Position numbers and translations under genes: made by a program
Assembly: GCA_951406725.2 (NCBI GenBank)
Contig: OX597829.1
Location: 18,476,001 to 18,540,000 of the forward strand
Direction: 5' to 3'
DNA: 64,000 bases
From: Octopus vulgaris
Taxonomy: Eukaryota
Shown: one piece after another, positions 52,366-64,000 of the stretch
Position numbering within the stretch: position 1 is the first letter of the stretch
Layout of the letters: every line of letters starts with the position of its first letter
Notes under the pieces: model-generated
What the model was told of the DNA's origin: nothing
Seen by the model: the letters and a program-made list of their open reading frames with translations, nothing else
Databases searched by the model: none

Positions 52366-52858
52366 GATTAAAGGTTAAAGATAAATGAGTAAGCATCGGA
52401 TAATAATGGTTCTGGGTTCCTTGCACATAATGGTGGTAGTGATGGTGGTGGGTGGTGAATTGGAAATAAAAACACAAAGGGATGGTCATGGTTGGTATTT
52501 TAATATATAAGTCTGCTATCTGCTTGATAAGAGCTGGCTTAGGGTTACACAACATGCCCGATAAGAACCACAACACCAACAACGAGGATGCATCTTTATA
52601 TATGCTGCTCTATGTGTAAGAAGAAACAGCAGCCGAAACCTCACTCAACTCAATCGGTACTATCTTTGGAATGGGAGCGCGGGGTGGAAAGAGTGTTATA
52701 ATAACAGTTTCAAATAGGCCCCGAGATGGTCCGCCTCTGTCCCAACCCCCCACCCACCGACCCACCACCACTACCATAAAATTTGGATGGTCATGGATGG
52801 GAAGCCTTTGACCATAGGCCTACTTGATGATCTAGGCTCCCAAAGTTGTAACAACAGT

Positions 52859-52908
<50 letters not shown>

Positions 52909-53097
52909 AGGAGTGATTTAACGATTTCAATAATTTATATTATGACTTTTATAATTTGTATTCTTATCTTATATGTATTGAATTATAAGATATATATGTA
53001 TGCTATTAAGGTTCTCATTTTGTTAAATAAATATGTCAACATTCTAATATCCGAAAGCTGATGAACAAACTAAATTGTTTCTCCATTTTCTTATTTG

Positions 53098-53138
<41 letters not shown>

Positions 53139-53335
53139 CATAATATATATATATACATACATACATACATACATACACATAGAGGCAAGTGTTGCTGCGT
53201 GATAAGAAGCATGCTTCCAAACCACCTAGTTCTGGGTTCAGTTCCACTGAATGGCCAAGTGTCTTCTACTATAGCTTCAGGCTGACCAAAGCCTTCTGAG
53301 AGGATCTGGTAGATGGAAACTGAAAGAAGCCTGAC

Positions 53336-53376
<41 letters not shown>

Positions 53377-54619
53377 AAATTAGAAAATGGTGAAACATAC
53401 TTAAATCAATCAAACATCAACCATCAGATAATACCCAATCAATACTTTATTACACCATTACATAACAGTAAAGGCATTATACAAAATTAGTAGATGGACT
53501 AATTGCTTGGCAATTTTTAACATTTATGTATTAGTCTTGTTGGGTACCTCTCTAGCAGTATATTGGATATATGTTATCCCATGGTGGGTTGAATTTTCAA
53601 CCCCTATCTCATTTTATAAATATATATATATATATATTTGTGTGTCTTTGTGTTTGTCCTTCCTCCATCCCTACTTGACAACCAGTGTTGGTGTGCTTAC
53701 ATCCCAATAGCTTAGCTGTTCGGCATAAGAGACCATTAGAATAAACACCAGGCTAAAAAAGAAATAACAAGTCCTGGGGTCGATTTGTTCGACTAAAAGA
53801 TGATGCCCCAGCATGGTCACAGTCACATGACTGAAACGAATAAAAGAATATACATATAATTCTGATTATAACTACTACTACTACAAATACTAACACTGCT
53901 ACTAATGTTTCCATTCTCACCACTACAACTACTACTACACTGCCACTACTAGAATAGCCATTGCTGCTGCTACTACTACCATTACTACTACTACTGCTAC
54001 AATAACTACAAAATATTACTACAACAGAAACTTACTACTACTACTACTACTACTATTACTACCACTATTACAACTACTGCCGCCATTGACACATACATAC
54101 CATTGAGAACAACCATTTCACAAAATAACAACAACAACAACAACTATCAGCTATAACACCACCGTCACCAGTGATACACAACGTACTAATAATAGCAGTT
54201 ACATCACACCCTACCATATCAAAAATGTGGATGGACACATCAGATAATACAGACCTACATTAGAAAGGCAAGTTGTTCATGGTTGGAATGTCTTTCTTTA
54301 ATAATTGGTCTGCTTGATCGGAGCCCACCTGGGGTACAACAATAACCAATAGCAACAACAACAGTAAATAAGAAAAAGATGTGTAATTTTTTATGATTAA
54401 ATATGTTTTTTTTCTTCTTTCTCTTTTATCATATAGGCATGGGCACAGCTGTGTGGTTAAGAAGTTCGCTTTGCAGCTACTGGGTACCAGGTTCAGTTCC
54501 ACTGCTCAGTACCTTGGGCGAAGTGTCTTCTATGTTAGCCCTATGGTTGACCAATGCCTTGAGAGTGAACTTGGCAGGTGAAAACTGTATGAAAGCTAGT
54601 TATATATGTCTAATACATA

Positions 54620-55275
54620 TTTCTTTATTAGGCCACGCAGGGCCGAACACATAGGAGACAATACAATGTAGAATTTTTCTTTTTCAAAGCCGATCAATAG
54701 GGATTGAAAAACATTTTGGGACATGTAGACAAAGCGATAACAAGGTAATGTTTTAACAACAGAAATTCCCAAAAAAGAATTTCTATAAGGTGGCGAGATG
54801 GCAGAAACGTTAGCATGCTGGGCAAAATGCTTAGCAGTATTTCGTCTGCCATTACGTTCTGGGTTCAAATTCCGCCAAGGTCGACTTTGCCTTTCATCCT
54901 TTCGGGGCCGATTAAAGAAGTACCTGTTACACACTGGGGTTGATGACTTAATCCCTTTGTCTGTTCTTGTTTGTCCCCCTCTATGTTTAGCCCCTTGTGG
55001 GCAATAAAGAAATAAGAAATTCCCAAAAGGGAGAGAAAAAATAACACTGACTAGGGTTATCCATGGAAAGAAAAATCTATGAAAACAAAATCACACTAAC
55101 CTCAGAAAAAATAAACATGAGTGCAAAACACCCTTTCTCTTTTAGTTTTATAGGTTCATGAGGCCATCATTCACATGTACCATCTTTGCTATGTTTAACT
55201 TTCCATTAGGTAAAACTTCCCTCTCTGCTCTCACCTTCTTTTTCAAATGATACTTGAAAAAGTTGAAGAGAGGTA
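54620..55275 (-). mobile_element. L1/Tx1-like LINE 3' end relic interrupted by SINE family B (54789-55015, plus)
   Basis: Minus strand LFNFFKYHLKKKVRAEREVL... then 3' UTR ending aataaagaaat; SINE flanked by agaaattcccaaaa direct repeats. Confidence 0.5.
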
Positions 55276-56359
55276 TCATACAACAGAAAATTCAGGGCTC
55301 CTTAGTAATTGCCCCATATTTAAATTTTCTTTTTAACTGGCCCTTTTGACCTGGTGAAATAAAAGCCACAGACCTACATCTGATTACTGGTTAAATTTGT
55401 AAAATGGTAAATTTGAAGTGTGGGGACTTTATCATAACTCACAGAAAACTCATTTGGAAATTAGAAACAATGTTTAGATTATAGAAACACTGAAAATATT
55501 TGGATTTATTTTTGTGTATGGCGGGAGAAAAAATAAAAAGCAGGCATTTTCATTCAGATTCAATTGTACAGCTTCCATGTCGAAACCATAGCGATACTTG
55601 TAAGGCAGCTGAAGATGGGTGTACATGCTTGATGTGCTTGTTGGCTATGAACCTTTTTTATTTTGTTCGCAGGATTCTAAGCTGACCTTCATTGAAACTC
55701 TACTTCTTACAGAGTTAAACTTGTTTGGATGTGCTTGATCTATAGTGGTTTAATATATATATTATGCCACACACAAAAAATGCCTAAATACCCTTCATTG
55801 GGATTCTTCTTCTGGTATGTGTAATACTTGTTTAGGGGGTATCTAGTTTATGGAGGTCCTGTTGTGCATATACAAATATATATTAAATATCTTCCCTTCT
55901 CCAATTCATTTCATTACAGTTTGAAATGTGGGGTAATAAAGAAACCCCAATAATCAATGTGTATCATATGTGAGATATTTTTTCCCAAGATTTCTTTCCC
56001 TAAAATTACATCTCTACATTATGTGTGTGTGTGTGTGTGTGTGGTTGTGTGCATGTGTACATACTGTAGTTGTGACCATTGCCAGTGTCATGTAAATGGT
56101 ACCTGTGAAATCATGGCTATGGCCGTTATTACTGTTATGTTAAAAACACCTATTACACTCTCAGAGTGGTTGGCATTAGGAAGGGTGTCCAACTGTAGAA
56201 ACCATGCCAAATCAGACTGGCACTAGGTGCAGCTCTCCAGCTTGCCAGCTCCAGTCAAACCATCTAACCCATGCCAGCATGGAAAGCAGATGTCAAATAA
56301 TGATGGTGATGATATATATACTGCATATATATATATATATATATTCTTTTCTTCTATTC

Positions 56360-56577
56360 TTTTGCTTCAGTCATTTGACTCTGGCAATGCTGGAGCACCG
56401 CCTTTAGTCGTGCAAATCAACCCCAGGACTTATTGTTTGTAAGCCTAGCACTTATTCTATCTGTCTCTTTTGCTGAACCGCTAAATGACGGAGATGTAAA
56501 CACACCAGTGTCGGTTGTCAAGCGATGTTGGGGGGACAAACACAGACACACAAACATATACATACACACAAACATAT

Positions 56578-56622
<45 letters not shown>

Positions 56623-56785
56623 CGATGGGCTTCTTTCAGTTTCTGTCTACCAAATCCATACACAAGGCTTTGGTTGACCCGAGGCTATAGTAGAAGACAC
56701 TTGCACAAGGTACCATGCAGTGGGACTGAACCCAGAACCATGTGGTTGGTTGGTAAGCAAGCTACTTACCACACAGCCACTCCTA
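56360..56785 (-). mobile_element. SINE family A
   Basis: Reverse complement of consensus. Confidence 0.9.
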
Positions 56786-57451
56786 AATATATATACTGTA
56801 TGTGTATAAACATATATATATACACGTATACTATATATTGTTGTGTGTGTGTATGTATGTATATATATATACACACACACACATCAAAGTAAACACTGTA
56901 CAGTGAACATGTCATCTGACAGTGATTGGAAAAAGAGTATAATTTTACAAGCAGAATTTGCAATATAATACATTGTCACCAATATTGATCAAATAATTAG
57001 ATTGTGCAAAAAGATTCTTCTCTATCTAGAAATGACACACAAACACAGAAATAAGTCTGCCAGCACAGTAACTACACAAAGCTTTATATATATATTTCAT
57101 TGAAGCAGGCCTGTTGTAGTATGCTGCAACAAGCAGATTAGCGAGTTGATGATAAATAAGATGACTAACACCTCATTCATATCAAATCTAGCTTCCGTTA
57201 CTTCTTTTTTTTTTACCTTCTTTTCTTTTATCTTTGGCCAAACTGCCCCGCCAAAAAATACATTAAGAATGTTGGCTAGAAATAGGTGACACCAAAAAAA
57301 AAAAAATTGACATCCAAACAAAGATGAAGATGATAATGATAATCATGGTTAGTGATAGCAATAAGGACATGGATGACAATAATGATGATGATGATGATAA
57401 TGCTGATAATGATCTTAATTACAGCCATTATACATTATACATGTAGGATGT

Positions 57452-57640
57452 GTCAGTCTCCACAATAATTGCATTGAAGCCACTTCGATAACAGGTGCAC
57501 AAGAAGGAATGTGCTTCCTGATATCTCGCCTGAAGCTGGCTCCAAATGACTCCAACCTTCATTTCATTTCAGAACGAGTTCAGTTCCTTGCAAAGCTGTC
57601 CTACTCTCTGATAATAAATAAGGCACAGGGACAGATATTC
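57452..57640 (+). mobile_element. Helitron PIF1-type helicase fragment
   Basis: VSLHNNCIEATSITGAQEGMCFLISRLKLAPNDSNLHFISERVQFLAKLSYSLIINKAQGQIF* matches the R.QFP..L.aMTINKSQGQT motif region. Confidence 0.85.
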
Positions 57641-58779
57641 TAACAAAATTGTAAATAATAAATATTTAATCAATATATATGTATGAATAAGTTTTATCTT
57701 TAATTCATCTTTTTATTTCCTAAAACTATAAAGCACGTCATATCTATAAAACATATAATACAAGGATGTAAATATTAAATGGCAGGATATCAAATGAAGT
57801 TTTTAAAAACTCCTTGCTTATGTTTAATATATCAACATGTTTTCAATTGTGATGATGACTTATACTGTGGAATTTCCACAGGTCCTGCAAGTTATAATTA
57901 ATCTGTAAATGTCACCTTGGCTGTCATTTAACCCCAGGCTAGATCTGGTTGAACAGATCTGCAATCAAAAGCATTTAAGTTGGCATAATCTCATCTTTTC
58001 AGACTTATCCAGGGTTACTATATCAAATGTTTGCTCTTCTTATGCATGACAGTAGGATAAGATTTGAGGGAAGTTTTGCTGCCATTTCTGGCAGGCCAAG
58101 TAGCCATGTACAGGTTCCTTCCTTATGCTATGCTTCTCTAAATATTTTCATAGACACCACTGACATTGTAGCACTCTACTGTACTGTGAAATCAGTTTGG
58201 TACTTTACTTACGGAAGGGAATACAACCATTGTAATTAACAGAAAATACAAAAAAAAAACATCGAATAATAACGTATAACATATCTATAACAATACACAC
58301 ACACACAAAATGGCACATGAGAAACTCGTCCAATCCATGCAAGAATGAGAAAATGGACAGATGATGGTGATGATGATGACGATAATGGTAGTGGTGATGA
58401 TGATGATGATGATATTACTGAGAAGAAAATTAAAAAATTGGGACATATTAAACTGAACAGATGGTACTAACTAACCACTGTAGTATGATAATGATGATTA
58501 TAATAATAGTTGTGGTATGATGATGATGATGATGATGATGAGTAATGGTAGTGGAGGAATAGTAGCAGCAACAGATTGATGATGGTTATAATGATTAATA
58601 ATACTACTGTGATGATGATGATGATGGTGATGATGGTGGCGATGATGATGATGATGTTTTTTTTTTTCTTAAAGGGAGAGGGGAAGAAAATTCATAACCT
58701 CATCTTTGTAAATTTAACCAGTTAATATCACTTAAATAACATTATCCACTCCCCACCACCCAAAAAAAAAAGCACTGGC

Positions 58780-59140
58780 TGCAGGAGTGGCTGTGTGGTA
58801 AGCAGCTTGCTTACCAACCACATGGTTCCGGGTTCAGTCCCACTGTGTGGCACCTTGGGCAAGTGTCTTCTATGGCCTTGGGTCAGCCAAAGCCTTTTGA
58901 GTGGATTTGGTAGAACGAAACTGAAAGAAGCCCGTCATGTGTCTGTGCTTGTCCCCCGCTCCCCATCATCGCTTGACAACCGATGCTGGCGTGTTTACGT
59001 CCCCGTAACTTAGCGGTTCGGCAAAAAGGAACCAATAGAATAAGTATTAGGCTTACAAAGAATAATTCCTAGAGTCGATTTGTTCAACTGAAGGTGGTGC
59101 TCCAGCATGGCTGCAGTCAACTGACTGAAACAAGTGAAAG
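58780..59140 (+). mobile_element. SINE family A
   Basis: Matches consensus; lacks internal microsatellite. Confidence 0.9.
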
Positions 59141-59299
59141 AATATAAGAATGAAAGAATATCTGCAGATATTTTTTCTTCCACCCTCCAATTTCCAACAC
59201 ACACACACACACATGCACCCACAATTTTAATATCTTCTATTTACTTCTACCACTGCCAAAGGTACTTCCATGATCCACTCTCCCTTTTGTGTTATTGAC

Positions 59300-59528
59300 T
59301 TAACCCTTTAGTGTTCGCATTATTCTGCCAAAATTAATGCTTCTTTATCCAAATTGTTTTGAATTAATTATACATTATCCTGTAGCTATGAGATTTTAAT
59401 GAAGTAGCTGTTAATTTTTAAAACAATATTATAGGGTTGGTGTGAGAGATCAGATCTGGCCAGTTTGAACATAAAACTGGTAGAATATTTTTGGCCGGAT
59501 ATGGCCGGTTTAGATGCTAAAGGATTAA
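59300..59528 (+). mobile_element. TTAA-flanked piggyBac-like MITE, complete
   Basis: TTAAccctttag...ctaaaggaTTAA. Confidence 0.75.
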
Positions 59529-60089
59529 AGGTATCCCTTAATTTTCAGAACCTGGAATTAACCTGTCTGAAGCTTCACCTCACCAAGAAATAAATAAAAC
59601 AAATGATTATATGAAAATATAAATATATATATATATATATATCTTGCCATTAGAGGGGAAGATGGTGGCAGTGGTGGTGATGTTTGGGGGGGGATACAAC
59701 AACAAAAATAAAACTAAACAGTTTCAACAATTACAACGACAACGACATAACAACCAATGCAATTACTGCAGCTGTAGAAAAATCAACAGCAACTTGAGAA
59801 GAAACAGCTACAAGAACTGCAACATTTCAACGTGACAGTAGAAATATTTTACAAACAGCAGCAACTACTACTAATACTGCTGCTACTGCTACTACTACTA
59901 CTACAATAACAACACCAACAACATTAGCAATTGCACTAAAAAATAAATATCTATGGCAGAAATTCGATTTTGTTTTAAGCTAAATGCCATTTCTAGACCA
60001 GCCAAAAAGAATAGAGCATTAATGCATTCATACATATATATATATACACAGACACATATATATATGTATATACACATACACACACGTAC

Positions 60090-60120
<31 letters not shown>

Positions 60121-60128
60121 AATCTACA

Positions 60129-60187
<59 letters not shown>

Positions 60188-60188
<1 letters not shown>

Positions 60189-60378
60189 CATCATCATCAT
60201 CATCGTTTAACATCCATTTTCCATGCTAGCATGAGTTGGACGGTTCGACCGGGGTCTGGGAAGCCAGGATGCTGCACCAGGCTCCAGTCTGATCTGTAGT
60301 GTTTCTGCAGCTGGATACCCTTCCTAACGCCAACCACTCCGTGAGTGTAGTGGGTGCTTTTTACATGCCACCAGCATG
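60188..60378 (-). mobile_element. Family C, truncated
   Basis: (CAT)n plus core. Confidence 0.85.
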
Positions 60379-60380
60379 GA

Positions 60381-60426
<46 letters not shown>

Positions 60427-60469
60427 TCATATATATATATATACACACACACACACATACTTTGTGAAA

Positions 60470-60782
60470 GCACGTAGCTTAGTAGTTAGGGCATTTGGCT
60501 CACAATCATGAGTTCAATTCTCGGCAACGTGTTGTATCCTTGAGCAAGACACTTTATTTCACATTGCTCCAGTCCACTCAGCTGGCAAAAATGAGTAGTA
60601 CCTGTATTTCAGAAATGCCGGTGTTGCTACATCCCATGTCATGCTGAATCTCCCTGAGAACTACGTTAAGAGTATACGTGTCTGTGGAGTACTCAGCCAT
60701 TTGCAAGTTAACTTCACGAGCAAGTTGTTCCGTTGATCGGATCAGCTGGAACCCTTGTCATCATAACCAACGGAATGCTCCT
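60470..60782 (+). mobile_element. SINE family D variant
   Basis: tRNA-like head plus ccttgagcaagacactttatttcac core. Confidence 0.8.
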
Positions 60783-61268
60783 TATACTTATTCTACTTGT
60801 TTCAGTCACTGCACTGCAGCCATGCTTGAGCACTGCCCTCAAGGTTTTACTTAAACATATAAGCCTCCCGGTAGATATTTTTAAGTCTAGTATTTATTCT
60901 ATCAGTCTCGTTTGCTGAAGTGCTAAGTTGCAAGAACATAAACAAACCAAGTGGTTGTAGGGAACAATGACAAACACATACACAACTGAATAAATGACAA
61001 AGGAACAGGAAATTATGCAATGAACTTCAGTGGCTTACAGTTGTTTCTGCTACAGGATGCAGTGCAGTTAGATATGAATGCTTGTGCATCAACTAATAGC
61101 ATAAGAATTTATAAGCTAATAAAGTTTCTTACATAATTTCCTGATCCTTTGACATTTATTCAATTTTATATTACTCTATGTACCCAAATAACCTTTTATT
61201 CCGAAATATATGAATGCTGAGTTTTAACACTGTGTTAATAGTATCACTATGCCTACACAATCTATCTA

Positions 61269-61694
61269 TCTATATATATAAACGGCAGTTTGTCTGTCTG
61301 TGTGTCTGTGTGGCTGTCAGGTTGTACCCTCACCCTGACCACCGCTTTCAACCGATTCTGATGAAACTTGACACACACATAGCCCAATGTCATAATTCAA
61401 AACTAACACAGCGAAAATTTTGAAAAGTTCCCCTAGTTCTGAAAAAAATCGATAAATTCGACATGGGGTTGAGAATCTAAGCTTTTTATATGCAACACAT
61501 TTTCTGTCTAGGGGACACAACTCGACAGCTAGGGACAGCTAGGAACATCGTATACACAGAAGTATTCAAGTGAAGAGAAGACATTGCAACCTACACATGC
61601 GCCTTCGTTCCCAAGAGGGAAAGGACTAGATTGGGATTAGTCGTTGCCTACTAGGGGCTCTTACATACCCGGGCGACGCCGGGCTATGCTGCTA

Positions 61695-61695
<1 letters not shown>
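61269..61695 (+). mobile_element. Non-autonomous Helitron
   Basis: 5' TCtatatatataaacggcagtttgtctgtctgtg; 3' hairpin cccgggcgacgccggg plus CTAG|T. Confidence 0.85.
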
Positions 61696-61738
<43 letters not shown>

Positions 61739-62037
61739 AAAGAGAGAGAGAGAGAGAAAGAGAGAGTGGGAAAGAAAGAGAGAGTTTGGAGGGGTATATT
61801 ATCCAAGCAGATACTGTGGTGGCTCCCGGCTAAGTTCCAGTATAAGGCTAACCACTTTCGATCAGTATTTAACGTCTATGACTACAATTAATTGTCAATC
61901 ATTCTGTGAATTCTTCCAGAGCAAATACTCCAGACTGTGTGTATATATATATATATATATATATTACATAGAGTAATATAAATCCTCCTATATTTTCTTT
62001 TACTCGAAGCCAGATACTTTTCAGTACCCACTCTTGT

Positions 62038-62069
<32 letters not shown>

Positions 62070-62130
62070 TTATTTTTATATATATATATATATATAAATA
62101 AATAAATATATATATGTGTGTGTGTGTGTA

Positions 62131-62345
62131 CAAGAGTGGGTACTGAAAAGTATCTGGCTTCGAGTAAAAGAAAATATAGGAGGATCAGTTAATTATGATT
62201 TCATCCAACATATTCCCCTCTCAGATTCACACACTTATTGCAGCCAATCTTCAGTTTTTTTAAGCCCTGTGAAAGAACTTGGAATCTTTGGCCTCCGACC
62301 AGACATTTTGCAATAACCTTGAAGCCAGGAACTTCTCAGCAACCC

Positions 62346-62349
<4 letters not shown>
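62131..62349 (-). mobile_element. Internally deleted mariner (MITE) with both TIRs
   Basis: TA-caagagtgggtactgaaaagtatctggcttc ... gaagccaggaacttctcagcaacccttca-TA; minus strand CNKCVNLRGEYVG* is a mariner C-terminus. Confidence 0.75.
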
Positions 62350-62435
<86 letters not shown>

Positions 62436-62529
62436 AAAAAGTGCAAGGGTGCAGTGAACTTGGATCTTCCACTCCTCAAGGGAAGTTTACTGTATCCTTG
62501 CGCTTATTCCTATATATTTTTTCAAGACT

Positions 62530-62757
62530 TGCCAATGCAGAGGTACACAAGATTCTTTCGTATTTGCCTGCTATATATTTGCCATGATAGGTTGCTAGCC
62601 ACTAGCGAACTTGTTTCTTTCTGTGTTCCTTTCTGTTGAAGAGCGTAGGCTCAAAATGTTAAAGACTTTTTCACTTTGCAAGTGTTAAACTAATACATCT
62701 GTTTGTTGTCTACACCACATGTCTTTGTCTTTTGTTTTTTTTGTGAATTCTCCCCCT
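62530..62757 (+). mobile_element. Penelope-like short repeat with decayed hammerhead-like motif (62628-62665)
   Basis: cttt CTGTTGA a gagc gtag gctc AAAA tg tt aaag (CpG-type decay). Confidence 0.55.
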
Positions 62758-63109
62758 ATATATATATACACATATACATACACACACAAACATACAACAG
62801 GTTTCCACACAGTTACATCAATCTAATTCACTTACAAGGTTTTGATCAGGTCAAGGGGCCATAACAGAAAACACTTGCTCAAAGTGTCACACCGGAGTAT
62901 TGAACCCAAAAGTATGTGATAGCAAAATAAACTTCCTAACCTCACAGCTATGCCTGTACACCTACAGGTATGTGTGTGTATACAGGCACACACAAACACA
63001 TGCATGTATGTACATATATACATACATACATATATGTATGTACATACATACGTATGCATGTATATAAGGAGAGGATATGACTACAAGTAAGCTGTCACAA
63101 TACTGTCTC

Positions 63110-63815
63110 TGCGAGCTGGCAGAATCGTTAGCACACTGGGCAAAATGCTTAGCGATATTTTGTCTGTCTTTACATTCTGGGTTCAAATTCTGCCAAGGTC
63201 AACTTCGCCTTTCATCCTTTTGGGGTCGATAAATTAAGTACCAGTTATGCGCTGGGGTCGGTGTAATTGACTTAATCCCTTTATCTGTCCTTGTTTGTCC
63301 CCCTCTATGTTTAGCCCCCTGTGGACAATAAAGAAATAAATATTGCTTCCAGTTGATAATTAATTTTTGCATGTGGGGCTTTGTGCTTGGGGGTAGGGTT
63401 TCTCTGGACATTTCCTTTCTTTCTTTGTTTTGGTCTTCCTTCTCAATTAAACATCATTATCGTTAATTTTTATTTCAAACAATTATCACAGCGAAGCAGG
63501 TAAGTAAGAAATTGGCGGGGGGGGGGATAATAATAATAATAATAATATCCTGTAGGAAACCAGAAGGAAAACCAAACAAATGATGATGATAATGATGATA
63601 ATCCTCTCTACTGGGAGCACAAGGCCTCAAATTTAGGGGAAGGGAGTAAGTCGAATACACTGACCCTAGTGCATAACTGGTACTTATTTAATCGACTCAG
63701 GTAGAATGAAAGGCAAAGTTGACCCCGGTGGAATTTGAACTCAGAACATAGCGGCAGACGAAATACCGCTAAGCATTTCGCCTGGGGTACTAACAATTCT
63801 TCCAGCCCGCCGCCT
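63110..63815. mobile_element. Two SINE family B copies in inverted orientation (63110-63338 +, about 63606-63815 -)
   Basis: Direct match to family head and central domain on opposite strands. Confidence 0.85.
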
Positions 63816-64000
63816 TAATGAGAATAATGATGATGATGATGATGATGATGACAATGGTCATCCTCATCCTCATCATCATTAGGATCACAATTGTGATGTT
63901 AAGTAGGAGGGCACAGAAAAAGGGTCAGTAGTAGTAGTGGTGGTGGTGGTGGTGATGGCTTTGGTGGTAGTGGTGCTACAGCTGCTGCTGATGGTGGTGG

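Overview
AT-rich, microsatellite- and retroposon-saturated animal DNA. The repeat complement (tRNA-derived SINE families, RTE/CR1/R4-Dong LINE ends, mariner and Helitron relics, long (TA)n/(CA)n tracts) is what I recognise from coleoid cephalopod, most likely Octopus, genomes. Only two convincing protein-coding exons are visible (minus strand, 2621-2495 and 1282-1101). They splice in frame into an unidentified protein segment with a ubiquitin-like/RA-type pattern. The rest of the window looks like a very long intron or upstream region. Almost all ORFs in the supplied track are microsatellite or SINE artefacts. The most unusual signals are: (i) repeated short pieces copied from about 1.1-1.6 kb away and inserted between 6-8 bp direct repeats, plus several near-perfect fold-back palindromes next to (TA)n; (ii) minimal hammerhead-ribozyme motifs in small Penelope-like repeats, four copies sharing a non-canonical A6U core; (iii) closely spaced inverted SINE pairs that should form long dsRNA in the pre-mRNA. 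No prokaryote-type system (CRISPR etc.) is present. Repeat boundaries were read by eye and are approximate.
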